A DNA stretch of 64,000 nt from positions 131,572 through 195,571 of the IMG/VR virus record IMGVR_UViG_3300002515_000003; one strand, 5' to 3'. Both the position numbers and the translations under genes were made by a program. This stretch comes from a virus (lineage: Duplodnaviria > Caudoviricetes). Shown in pieces: positions 35,517 through 46,543 of this stretch; the stretch's first letter is position 1; every line of letters begins with the position of its first letter. The notes beneath the pieces were generated by a model. It worked only from the letters and a program-made list of their open reading frames with translations, was not told the DNA's origin and did not search any database.

Positions 35517-36092
35517 TTAATAATTCCTCCTCTTTCTTACAATTCTATAAATCCCATATCCTATCCCTATTACAACCAACAAACTTAATATATCATGCCA
35601 TCTTGAATATGTTGTCATGCCACCCGTTACTATATTCACAGGATACATACTATGTTGTGATATAGCTTGATACATCCAAAAATGTGACCAATAACAATTG
35701 CTATAACTAAAACTGTAATAACTTGGACTAAAATATGTACGATAAGTTGGATGACTATAATAATTATTTATGTGAGAAGTTCTATAGGTTGTATAATTAT
35801 TGTAATTTCTTGCTTTTGTTTGAGCTTTTGCTTTAGATATATTAGAAGCTTTAGTTTTTGCTATAGAAGTTTTTGTTGGTGTTTTAACTGTTTTTGATGG
35901 ACTCTTATAACTACTACTTGATTTAAATCCTGATGACCTACTAGAACTCGAAGAATGACTTGATGAATGTGAACTTGAATGAGAACCTTTTGCTAAAGCT
36001 AATTGTGTTGGTAAAATCATTGTTAAACATAATCCTATTATTATTGGTAATTTCTTTAACCTATTCATTTTATATTGATTCCTCCTCATCAA
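35517..36092 (-). CDS. exported/membrane protein with Ser/His-rich low-complexity region
   Basis: Signal peptide ending ALA, SHSSSHSSSHSSS, Tyr-rich middle, C-terminal TM followed by RKRR. Confidence 0.65.
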   Translation of the reverse strand: MMRRNQYKMNRLKKLPIIIGLCLTMILPTQLALAKGSHSSSHSSSHSSSSSRSSGFKSSSSYKSPSKTVKTPTKTSIAKTKASNISKAKAQTKARNYNNYTTYRTSHINNYYSHPTYRTYFSPSYYSFSYSNCYWSHFWMYQAISQHSMYPVNIVTGGMTTYSRWHDILSLLVVIGIGYGIYRIVRKRRNY

Positions 36093-36269
36093 TTAATTCT
36101 AATACTTTTTCTAAAAGCTTGTAATCTTCTATTAATTTCATTTTAGAAAAATTTACTTCTTTTCTTGGTGTAGTTATCATATTGAGATATATCCAACGAT
36201 TACTTATCATTTCATTTAAAGAAAATTTTAATTCTTCAAGTTCCTTCTTATCAAATTGTCTATCCATTA

Positions 36270-36857
36270 TTAATCACTCCTCACAATTCTATAAACTTCT
36301 TGTATAGATTCCTCTAAATCTTTATTTACTACTTTATAGTCATATTCTAAATTTCTAAACATCTTAAAATCATTCCATAATCTTGATATTCCTTTTCTTA
36401 TTCCATCTCTATTAATAAGTCTTTTAATCCTTGTAATAAGAGGAACTGTGATATATATTATTCTGTAATTAATTTCATTTTTAATTACTGTCTTAAAATA
36501 ATCAATTCCTGCTTTATCAACGATATAAAAATCATTTGATTCAGCTTGTTCTATATCAGCCCAATAATGTTCTCCATTAAAATATGTATATGCTATTGTT
36601 GATATATTTTTATTTTGTTGTTTATCATATATAACTATTTTATTATTTGTATTAATAAAATCATAATCACTTCTATTTACAAATGTATGACCTTGTTCGT
36701 TTAATTGTCTAGGCTTTCTAGTTGTAAAAGAGGGAATTGACTTTAAATTATATCTCTTACAGATATCCTCTACGATAGTGGTTTTTCCACTGGCAGACTG
36801 CCCTATGATAATATTTAACATATTCTTATTTTTGTTATTATTATTTGTATTGTTCAT
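36270..36857 (-). CDS. gmk: guanylate kinase-like protein
   Basis: GQSASGKTT, SFTTRKPR, HTFV. Confidence 0.85.
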   Translation of the reverse strand: MNNTNNNNKNKNMLNIIIGQSASGKTTIVEDICKRYNLKSIPSFTTRKPRQLNEQGHTFVNRSDYDFINTNNKIVIYDKQQNKNISTIAYTYFNGEHYWADIEQAESNDFYIVDKAGIDYFKTVIKNEINYRIIYITVPLITRIKRLINRDGIRKGISRLWNDFKMFRNLEYDYKVVNKDLEESIQEVYRIVRSD

Positions 36858-37043
36858 ATTATGTATTCTCCTTTTTAATTTATTTTATATTATTGTTTTT
36901 ACAATACTCTTCAAAATCTAATCGATATTCTGCTTCACTAAACTTACCATTAATCAATAAACAAGACGAAACACATATTCCTACAAATATTATAAATAAA
37001 ATAATTAATATTAATATCATTTTAATCACTCCCCTTTTAAATC

Positions 37044-37634
37044 TTATTTATAATCCATATATTCTTCATTATCATTCCACATATTATTAAATTCTGCTTC
37101 AAATCCTTGTGCTATTTTTCTATCATTAATAATAATCAAGTTCTCATCATTAATCCGACTTGCTCCCTCGCTATAGTTATAGCTTCCTGTAGTCACTACA
37201 TTGCCATCTGCTATTGTGACTTTCATATGCATCAATCCGCTGTGATTATTAATCTTAATAGGGATATTAGCTTTCTTTAACAATATTAACATTTTCTTTT
37301 CTGATTTAATTTTAGATTGTATTTTATCACTTACAAGACGAATAGTTACTCCCTTTGATTTCGCTTGAATTATTGAATCTACTATAGATTTCTTTGTTAT
37401 AGAGTAAATTGCAATATCAAGATTTGTTTTAGCAGAGTTAATTACTTTGATTAATTGTATGTCAGGATGTTGACTTGCTTGAGTGAAATAATATTGAATG
37501 TTAGTTGATTGAGTTGTATTTATATTTTGTGATGTTGTAGAAGTTGTAGTTAAAGTATTTATAATAATACTAAATAATAAAACTACCAATATTGCAACAC
37601 CTAATAAATTTGCAAATGATTTTAACTTCTTCAC
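37044..37634 (-). CDS. membrane-anchored PLD-family (Nuc-like) nuclease
   Basis: N-terminal TM; single HMKVTIAD...TGSYN HKD motif; NDEN. Confidence 0.85.
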   Translation of the reverse strand: MKKLKSFANLLGVAILVVLLFSIIINTLTTTSTTSQNINTTQSTNIQYYFTQASQHPDIQLIKVINSAKTNLDIAIYSITKKSIVDSIIQAKSKGVTIRLVSDKIQSKIKSEKKMLILLKKANIPIKINNHSGLMHMKVTIADGNVVTTGSYNYSEGASRINDENLIIINDRKIAQGFEAEFNNMWNDNEEYMDYK

Positions 37635-37782
37635 AATATCAACTCCTTTTTATGATAATGTAGTCAAATACCATTCTTCTAATTTTGATAATAGTTGAAT
37701 TTGATTTTTAGTTATAGTATTTTTAATATTTTTATTCATTAATCTCAATAATATGTCTCTGTAATAAATTATCATATTATTT

Positions 37783-38464
37783 TCAACATATAAAATTAGC
37801 TTTAAATCTAATCTTATTTTGTTTAAGTCTTGTTAAAAGAACTTCAAAGACTATAACATCTTTAAATTTTATTAGACAATCATCACTACTTTTCATTTTC
37901 TCATATTGCATATCATGTCCTTCAGCTATAAATTCATCAAGATATTTTGGTAAATCCTTTTTACTTGACATTAGTATTCCTGTTAAAACATCTATCTTGA
38001 CTCCATATCCACCCAAACATACCAATTTCGTATCTCCCATTACTTTTCTGTATTCTTCACATAATTTACACATTTTTATAATCTCCTTTATTTTTTATAG
38101 TTTTATAATATGTATTATTATTTTATTATAGTCTATTTATAATTACTGTTCCTTTAATTGTATAAATAATTATTTTATCAGTATATACTTCTTCAATTTC
38201 TAGTATCTGCTCCCTTAAAATCCTAATAGCTAAAATATCATCTACATTGTCGTCTAAAGTAAGATAAGTTGATGTGTGTATAATCATCAGGTCGGTGACG
38301 AATCGTGAGTCTGTGGTGCATGTGTCGTCTAGGTTAATAAAGTCGATTTCTACCATACTCCCTTTATATTGATTTAACAAAGATAAACCTTCTATTTCAC
38401 GATTTGCTCCTGTAATTAGTTGAGATTGCTGAGTTGATTTAGTTTTAGTTGTTTGTAATTTCAT
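37783..38464 (-). CDS. two hypothetical proteins
   Basis: ORFs with AGGAG RBSs. Confidence 0.55.
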
Positions 38465-38960
38465 TATTGTCTCCTTTTTATTATATTATTTTCTAAATTC
38501 TTTTAGTGATTTATTATATTATTATATTGACTGTAGTTGATGAAAATTTATTGTTTTTGTTTAATTTATGTTTTTATATTATTATGCATATGTTTAACAA
38601 AATGTTGTATTGTTAGAATAACATAGTTAATTATGGAAAGCAAGGAATATTTTAAATATTTAATTTGTTTTTATTATTTTATTATGATGTAATTGCTAAT
38701 TCTGTTGGGATTGGGATTATTGGTAATGGTAAATATAATTGAGTCGGAATAGGCAATGTTATATGTAATTATCACTTCTTGACCAATCTATCCATCCATT
38801 TTCCTTTTTTGGTAAAACCTCGTAATACACTTCTCTCATTATTAATAATTCTCCTTCTCTTTTTATATTTTATATATTTTTTAATTGATAGCATATTAAT
38901 GCCCCATTTCATAAATATTATTTTGTATTATTATCATTATATATGTAAACCAAAGCAGAT

Positions 38961-39941
38961 TTATTCTTCTGCTTTAGGATTGACCAAATAATAATTAATC
39001 ATTAGGTTATTGTAATTTTTTACATTTTCATTTGCTTCAAATTGAACTTGTTTAAAATCTTCAACCTCGAGTTTTCCTTTTTCAACTTCAATTGCTTTTA
39101 GTTTATTTAATTTTGCACTCATAAATACATCACCAATACTTAAATTAGAATAACCTGCATCAACAAGTAATTTTTTAGCTCTTGAGCATATTGACTGTTT
39201 ACTAAGAAAGTCATCACCATTAACTGTTGTCGGACGGCAAATATAATCTGACGATTTTAGGTTCGCAGTAATTCTATCTCCAAATCCTGCTTTTCCTCTC
39301 CTGTAATATATATCTTCTCCCCATGCTGTATTTATTACATCAATTACTCTTCTAGGAAGTTCTACCTCTCTTACTGAACCATCCTTTTCAGTTAATTTAA
39401 CACAATTTGTAATTTCATTAATATCGGATTTAGTAAGATTTTGAATTTCATTTGTACTTACAAGAAAATACGATAATATTATTGTAACGAAATCTTGATA
39501 GTTATTGCCTACGTCTTCCATAGCCCAAACTTGTTCTTCACTTAGAAATTTTGTGGGCAAGTGTAACGCATTTAACATAGGCATGATGTGTTGATTAAAT
39601 TTTACTAATTTCCAACTATTTATCATTGTTTCATTATAACCTTCTGCTGTACTCCATGATGAGTAGAGAGTGCAAATCGTGTAAAAAGCCCTGAGAGAAC
39701 TGTAACTATCTGTAAAGTTATCAGAGCAACAGTCCATTACTTCTTCTCTGGTAAAATTTGACATATCTTTGTTTATCTTTTTTTCCCAACGTGAGCCGTT
39801 AATTAAAAACACACAATAACTAGTCCTGCTGTGGTCTTCTTCTAAATAATCTTGTAAAAACTTTTCTTTTGTTTTTCGATTGTATAATTTTTCTAATAAA
39901 TTTTCACTAACTTCCATTGGTGTTTTCTCTATAATATCCAT
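38961..39941 (-). CDS. degenerate integrase-fold protein, MrpR/YopR-like lytic repressor
   Basis: About 325 aa; WEKKINKDMSNF SAM-like domain, NYQD...EIQNL; lacks the catalytic R/HxxR set; directly after a YopQ-like gene as in SPbeta. Confidence 0.7.
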   Translation of the reverse strand: MDIIEKTPMEVSENLLEKLYNRKTKEKFLQDYLEEDHSRTSYCVFLINGSRWEKKINKDMSNFTREEVMDCCSDNFTDSYSSLRAFYTICTLYSSWSTAEGYNETMINSWKLVKFNQHIMPMLNALHLPTKFLSEEQVWAMEDVGNNYQDFVTIILSYFLVSTNEIQNLTKSDINEITNCVKLTEKDGSVREVELPRRVIDVINTAWGEDIYYRRGKAGFGDRITANLKSSDYICRPTTVNGDDFLSKQSICSRAKKLLVDAGYSNLSIGDVFMSAKLNKLKAIEVEKGKLEVEDFKQVQFEANENVKNYNNLMINYYLVNPKAEE

Positions 39942-39943
39942 TT

Positions 39944-41410
39944 TTATTCCTCTCCTTTTTCAATATCATGCAATTCTACTATCTTTTTAAAATAATCAAA
40001 AATCACACGTAAACTTTTAGGATTTTTCTTGTACATTTCCATCTCTCTCCAATTTTCATGCGTTTTATCTAAATTTAATTCGCCACTTCTAATCATATCT
40101 TTTATAATTCTTTTTACTTCTTTATTATCTCTACCTAATAATTCTTTCGATAAAGCAACATATCCTACGAAAACATTATAATTTAAGGCAATACTTTCTT
40201 TCCTTAACGCTTTTAAATCAGTGTAATCATATTTTTTTAAATATTCCCCTATTACAGTATCAAACACAGTCGAGAAAGTTTCTAGATAATCGTCATTTCT
40301 TGCCGATATACTCAAATCTATATCTGCTATTTTCAAAGCACTATTAAGAATTCCATAAGTAGTATATTTAGTATTATCTCCAATTTCATCTATAGTATTA
40401 GCTATTTTACCTTTCATTTCACCTGATTCGTTTAAAGCGTCAATAAATATATTATTATCATTCTTTTCTAATGTCTTACTATAATCAACGGATATCGGAT
40501 TACGTTTGAATTCTCGACTCACATACTCTTGGGCTTCACGAACTGTGAAGTTTGTTATGGAGACCATAAACCCATATTCTAATGTCTTACCACTTTCATT
40601 TGCTTTAGCCACTGCATCTGTGCAAGCCAGAATTCTATGAAATCCGTCAGTTATGAAAACTGTTTTTAAAATTGTTAATGTTTTTTCTTTCTCATCGTAT
40701 ATTATACCTTTTTCATTAAATTTACTTGTCTTGAGTATGTTTAGTGTGATGAGATTCGCCGTAAAATTATCATCGTATATTATTTTTCCTATCTCATCTA
40801 CACTTTTCCATGTCACGTTAGGTTGGCGTAAGAGCATACCTTTAACATTTATTATCTTAGGGTCTCTTTGCATTGCTGTATCATATCCTAGAAATCCGTT
40901 TGACATATATAAATCTATATCATAGTTTGATACAAATGGACACATATATTGATTCTTAACTTTTACAACATTTCTAAATACCATTCTATCTGTTTTAGTT
41001 TTCTTGGCATCAATATCATAATATTGTCTTATCTTTTCAATTTTATACTCAGGAAAATAATATATTGGATTAATTGATTCAACTAATTTTTGCTCTTTTA
41101 ATTTCTCTTCGCTTGACTCAAATGTACTTTTTAAAAACTCTTTTGAAACAAACTCATACAAATAAACACACCAAACTCCTAATTCACTTTCATCTAAAGT
41201 ATTTAATATTATTTGTCCTTTTAAAATCTTATCAACTTTTCTATCTACCATTTGCTTCTCTTCATATACTCCCTGCATATAATCTCTCAAGTCTTTACTA
41301 GTATTCTTCTTTGCAATTACTACAAACATATTTTCTAACAACTCTTCTATTGATTTTGTTACTTCAGTGGTTTCTTTGTTTTCTATAGTCTCACTCATAA
41401 TTATCAACAC
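39944..41410 (-). CDS. YopQ-like DndB/ParB-fold protein
   Basis: ITLNI...ITDGFHR (DGQHR-like); size and position match SPbeta yopQ. Confidence 0.7.
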   Translation of the reverse strand: MLIIMSETIENKETTEVTKSIEELLENMFVVIAKKNTSKDLRDYMQGVYEEKQMVDRKVDKILKGQIILNTLDESELGVWCVYLYEFVSKEFLKSTFESSEEKLKEQKLVESINPIYYFPEYKIEKIRQYYDIDAKKTKTDRMVFRNVVKVKNQYMCPFVSNYDIDLYMSNGFLGYDTAMQRDPKIINVKGMLLRQPNVTWKSVDEIGKIIYDDNFTANLITLNILKTSKFNEKGIIYDEKEKTLTILKTVFITDGFHRILACTDAVAKANESGKTLEYGFMVSITNFTVREAQEYVSREFKRNPISVDYSKTLEKNDNNIFIDALNESGEMKGKIANTIDEIGDNTKYTTYGILNSALKIADIDLSISARNDDYLETFSTVFDTVIGEYLKKYDYTDLKALRKESIALNYNVFVGYVALSKELLGRDNKEVKRIIKDMIRSGELNLDKTHENWREMEMYKKNPKSLRVIFDYFKKIVELHDIEKGEE

Positions 41411-41696
41411 CCCTATTTAATTTTAATTTATTATTCTAATGTCTTAAATCGTTAGACACCAAAATAAATATGTATTATTAAATCTTATCTCATTTATATT
41501 CAATAACAATAATAATATACTTTTTTCCCTAATTCCTATTAACATAATTATAATATAAATTCCTCTAAATAGCAACTTAATTTCAACATCTTAACAAAGT
41601 TTTAACAATCTTTCCCACATTTATAAGAACATTTATTCTTTAATTTAATTCTATCTAATATAATTAAACTTTAACAGGAGAACATTAACATATTTT

Positions 41697-42173
41697 TCAT
41701 TTATCTCTTAATAATTTCAACAAAATTTCATACTCTCCTGTTTTTATACATATTTCTAACAACTTTTTAATATAAAACTCGGATTTCATTGTGTTTTTAG
41801 TAAATCCGTCTAGCCTATAGCCCCATTGTTGAAATTGAAAAGTTGTATTTTTACTATTAATAAAGATATAATATCTAATCAAAAAATACAAACTTTCCAT
41901 TTTCATCCAATTACAATTTAAATTATTTGCTTTTCTTAAACTCAGTAGAATATAATTTTTAGCTTTTTCAATTTGATTTGTATTATAGTAACTTTTTATA
42001 ATTACCATTAATATCATCCATATATAATAATCGTCTTTATAGTCTTGATTTTCATTCTTTCTTAGTAATCTGTAGACTTTTTTACCTATTTTTATTGATT
42101 CTTGATAATTTTTATTTACATAAAACTCTTCAAACACTTCTTTACAAATTTTATCGGATAGTTTTTCTTCCAT
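41697..42173 (-). CDS. TPR-like helical protein, paralog of the C-terminal domain of 48345-49319
   Basis: GGGGA RBS before ATG at 42173; NKNYQESIKIG...YIWMIL...QIEKAKNYILLSL. Confidence 0.6.
   Translation of the reverse strand: MEEKLSDKICKEVFEEFYVNKNYQESIKIGKKVYRLLRKNENQDYKDDYYIWMILMVIIKSYYNTNQIEKAKNYILLSLRKANNLNCNWMKMESLYFLIRYYIFINSKNTTFQFQQWGYRLDGFTKNTMKSEFYIKKLLEICIKTGEYEILLKLLRDK
41772..41834. repeat. dispersed 63-bp element, copy 2 (inside the TPR ORF)
   Basis: ATAAAACTCGGATTTCAT, 12 nt, then AAATCCGTCTAGCCTATAGCCCCATTgTTGAAA. Confidence 0.85.
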
Positions 42174-42183
42174 ATTTATCCCC

Positions 42184-42816
42184 CTATACTGCCACACAAA
42201 CTTTTTCATTAGTATTTGTATCTACGTTCATTATATCATTATAATACACTTTATACGATTTTCCAAATTCACTACAGTATCTTTTTAATTCTGCAACTCC
42301 ATTATTATACATTCTCAATAAATCTTGATTCTGAGTAAGTTGAAAAAGTTCTTTTAACTTTTTAATTGTGAAAACTTGCTCATCTATTATCGTCATATCT
42401 ATATTTTGAACAACAATTACTTCTTTTTTTACATGAATATTTTCTTTCATTCCAAACTGAATCGCAATCGCTTTATTAACTTTTACCATTGTCTCATTTG
42501 AAAGTTTACCTATATAGTCTCCTATAAGAAACTTAGGAACATTTGTAGTTGATTCCACTTGAATTACACTATCCTTAGTTAATTTATTCATATTGTCTCT
42601 CATAATTAAAACTTGTGTAGGTAATTTACATTTGTCTGTTTTACTTGTTAAAGTACATACTTGGACATTGGGACTAAACTTATTTCCCATCTCGTTTTGA
42701 AGTATTACCGCAGGATGCTTCCCGTATTGTAAACTACTTCCCTCTATATGTGGAAAGTCTACCCAAAATATATCTCCACGTTTGATTAGTTTGTTGTTAT
42801 TCATATTTGTATTCAT
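42184..42816 (-). CDS. PemK/MazF-family protein with C-terminal helical extension
   Basis: KRGDIFWVDF, GKHPAVILQNEMGNKFSP, TLTS, LPTQV. Confidence 0.88.
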   Translation of the reverse strand: MNTNMNNNKLIKRGDIFWVDFPHIEGSSLQYGKHPAVILQNEMGNKFSPNVQVCTLTSKTDKCKLPTQVLIMRDNMNKLTKDSVIQVESTTNVPKFLIGDYIGKLSNETMVKVNKAIAIQFGMKENIHVKKEVIVVQNIDMTIIDEQVFTIKKLKELFQLTQNQDLLRMYNNGVAELKRYCSEFGKSYKVYYNDIMNVDTNTNEKVCVAV

Positions 42817-43067
42817 TTTAATTTCCCCTTTATTTTTATATTATTATTAATTTAGTTTATCCTCATTTTAATATCTTATGCAGATAATATGTTTTTGATA
42901 ACTATATTTTGCTTGTTTGTTTTATATTATCTTAATATTTGTGTGAGGTACTAATTTCTTATTCCGTTAACACTATAATAGCATACACAAATAACCTTTG
43001 TCAATGGATTTAACAAAAGTTTTTGTATTATTTTATATTTAATTTTTTAAGGGGAAATTTATAAGCT

Positions 43068-44740
43068 TTATTGTTTCTTTTCCTTACTTAAACATTTAAC
43101 TATTTCCTCAAGCTCATTCATATCACTATTCTCATACTCAAAGATATAAAAATTATTTTTAAATTGCATATTCCTATTCACGCCTTTATTCCTAATCAGA
43201 ACAATTTTACTTTCTTTAAGTAAAGAATAATCATTATCTAAAAATTTAACCATAAATTTAATTCCAATCTTATAATTATGTATTATCTTCATAAATTCTT
43301 CTAATGTTTCTATTTCAATATATTCATAATCCTTAATAGATTCTGAGTCTTCAACTTCCCATTGCCACTCAAAATTCTGTATCAAATATGGCTTATGTGT
43401 TTTCCAATATTCTATTTGTAGTCTACTTTGATTTAAATCAAATTCATTTTTATTTTTACTCATTTTATTGTATCTCCTTTAAATAATTTTATATTTTATT
43501 ATCAGAATAGTAGTTCTTATTAATATGGAAACTACTATTATCAAGCCACTATTTATATGGTATATGCTATTTCTTCTTTTCTTTTAGTTTAGCTTGACTT
43601 AATGCCGAACCTGCAAAAGTTTTAGTTACTTTGCTTGTCTTTTTACTATGTAATGCTTTTGAGGCTTTGCTTGCCACTTCCTCTAATGTTTGTTTAGTAT
43701 TTTTCTTTGTCATTATAATCATCTCCTTTATATATTATTATTTTATATTAAATTTAAACTAAATCAATACCTAATATATTAGACAACAAAACTCTTTCGT
43801 CATGTTCGGCTATATCAACATAAACTGGATAGTATTCTTTTAAATCTCTATCATTTTCAATTGCCATTCTCATATAATCTATATTTGTAAAACTTGACAC
43901 TCTTGCAAATATCTTTAGTTCATTAGAAACTATAAATAATATATCAAACTTTTCTAAGTTCTCTCTTTGGTATTTCCATATGTATTTAGCAGTATCATCA
44001 TATGTTCTAATACAGTTTTTATTATTAATTACATCTATACATTTAGCTTCATCTTCTCTTCCTTCTTCACTATAAGCACCTATTAAAAAATATTCATTCA
44101 TTATTAATTGCTCCTTCTATGATGGTCATAACCCTATATTTTATTATTTAAAGTTAATATATTGATTTTTCAACATATATTAATTTATTTATAACTTCTT
44201 CTGAAAAAACTTCTCTTAACTTCTCTTTATTTGTATTAATTAAATTAGTAATAATGTTATCTAAATTTATCTCAAATATATAATGTGCTAAATTAGGATA
44301 TTTAGTTAATATCAATACATAAGATTCGCATGTTAATCTCTTACGTAGTTCAATATCCTCTAAGATAAACAATAAATCTATTATTTCTGTAGTTATTTTA
44401 TCATACACACCAACCTCGCTTTTAGTAGGTTTTATATCTTTATTCATATATTTATCACCTCTTTTTTTATGTTATTATGTGTTTCAATTTTCCATAAAAT
44501 AATCCTTTCAGTTACTTATATTGATTCTTTATAATGTATTTCGCAAACATCTATTGCCTCATAACCTTCATCTCTTCTTGTTTCATCTAAATAACTACCT
44601 ATAGCAAGGTTATTGCAATAGTCGCACTTTAATTTAATAATATTTCCAATACTAAGTTTATGAAATTTTAAACCTTCAATATCTTCTTTAATTGACATTT
44701 TTACCATCCTCTCTAACTTTAAAATATTTAATTCCAACAT
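43068..44740 (-). CDS. small hypothetical genes, including an unlisted basic 48-aa ORF at 43567-43713
   Basis: Hand translation MTKKNTKQTLEEVASKASKALHSKKTSKVTKTFAGSALSQAK with AGGAG RBS; the other ORFs are in the track. Confidence 0.55.
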
Positions 44741-45239
44741 AATCAGTTAAATAAACACCATTCTCAGAACAATAAAATTTACATCCATCTTTTAACATTT
44801 TCTCTACATCTAATTCTAATATCACGACCTCTCCATGTCTTTTTCCTACTTTAATAGATGTTTCAATATCTTTTGATAAATGAACATATTGTCTAGAACC
44901 ATGTTTAATTCCTTCTTTAAGGATAGTATTTAAGAATCTTCTACTTGTTCCATGATATAATTCTGTAGGTGGAATAATTTCTTTAAGACTTAAATTTACT
45001 TTAATAGAATGTCCTTGGTTAGCTCTAATCATATCTCCATTTAAACTATATGAATAGCGTTGCTTATCATCCTCATTTACAATTCTATTTAAATCTATCT
45101 TTGTAATATTCATTCCTGTGATAAGATTATTTACACTTATGTAACCATTTTTATCCATAGTCAATCCTATTACTTCAGGTTTATGTCTTAAAACTAAACT
45201 TAAAAACTTACTAAATTTCATATCTCTATTATTTATCAT
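44688..45239 (-). CDS. kptA: RNA 2'-phosphotransferase (KptA/Tpt1)
   Basis: SLVLRHKP, DKQRY, IRANQGHS, LYHGT, RQYVHLS. Confidence 0.93.
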   Translation of the reverse strand: MINNRDMKFSKFLSLVLRHKPEVIGLTMDKNGYISVNNLITGMNITKIDLNRIVNEDDKQRYSYSLNGDMIRANQGHSIKVNLSLKEIIPPTELYHGTSRRFLNTILKEGIKHGSRQYVHLSKDIETSIKVGKRHGEVVILELDVEKMLKDGCKFYCSENGVYLTDYVGIKYFKVREDGKNVN

Positions 45240-45279
45240 TTTAATTCTCCTCCTTTATCTCTCAATATTTGCTACTTAT

Positions 45280-46411
45280 TTAATCTTCCTCCATATATTC
45301 TAAAAACTCTTGCTCTGAAAATCCTTTTGGATGACCTATTGAATATTCTTCTTTAGGTAAATCCATATCTAATTGTTCAATTATTTTATTTTTTATATAA
45401 CACAAATATCCTAATACTATTTCATTCTCAGAGGGTACTGCAATTATTGCTTGATTAAGCATTTCAATATCGTCACCTCTTGTTAGGAATTTAATTTCAA
45501 GGTCATGTGAATTTTCTATCATATTATTCTTCCTCTCCTTTATTACTTTATTAAATTGTCTTTTATTATCCACATATATAATCAAGTGCGGATACTTATT
45601 TACACTTTAAATTTTTCTTATTTCTTATTCATTTTCTTAAATTCCCTATTCTTATTAATCATATCCTCTAAATCTTTGTTAATAGATTCCTTTTTATCTT
45701 TATAGTAATTTTTCCTATCCTCGTCAACTCTACTTTTCATTTCTTCCCATGAAATTTTTGTGACTTCATAACATTCTTCTACAGATTTTTTAATAATGTT
45801 ACCAAAGTTTTCGACGTCTACATTTCCTTCTCCATCAGAACATTTAATGAGAATTGACATCATATCACCATATGAACTAACTGCTCTTGAATATAAATCT
45901 GTACTTAGAGATTCTTTAATTTCATTTATAGAGTCAACTAAATTATCCATATCTACAAAATCTTTAAAAGCCTTTTGAGTTGATTTTATTAATCTATCAT
46001 TTATATTTTGTTCATGTTTATTTTTATGTCTCTTCTTATTCTTCTTAATAGATATTGGTAAAGTTATTAACTTTATTACCCAATAAAATAATCCCCATCC
46101 AAGACTCTTCCCAAAATCATCAGAACTTATAAAATCCATAAGCATACAATTTATTAACGTACCTAATCCCCAATTAACTAATAATGTTATAAACATAATA
46201 AAAAGTATATTTTCTATCATTATTATTCTCCTTCTATATTATTATATTTTAAATTTTTATTATTACTATCTAATTTCCTTTTAATAACTCCTAATCCCTC
46301 GTAACTTACATTTTTTAATTTACCATCACAGTTTTTAGTTTCACAAATATTATTCTTTTCAGAGCTTGAATACCAAACTGTTTTACATTTTTCGCATCTA
46401 AATTTTTTCAT
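45280..46411 (-). CDS. hypothetical proteins (one membrane protein, one Zn ribbon)
   Basis: Co-oriented ORFs. Confidence 0.5.
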
Positions 46412-46543
46412 TTATTAATACATCTCCTTTTATTAAATTATAATATTTAATTTTATATTATTATTACCTATTGCAATTATTATATGCTTAGTTGGGAATA
46501 AATGCAATAGGTAATCGATAATATTATGTATTATTTTATTTTG

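Noticed and set aside
39944-41410. Dnd phosphorothioation system
   Set aside because: Only a DGQHR-like protein is present, with no dndCDE; context fits SPbeta yopQ
41627-41638. Possible SOS box GAACATTTATTC upstream of the yopQ-like gene
   Set aside because: One mismatch in AT-rich DNA and no clear promoter overlap; too weak to call
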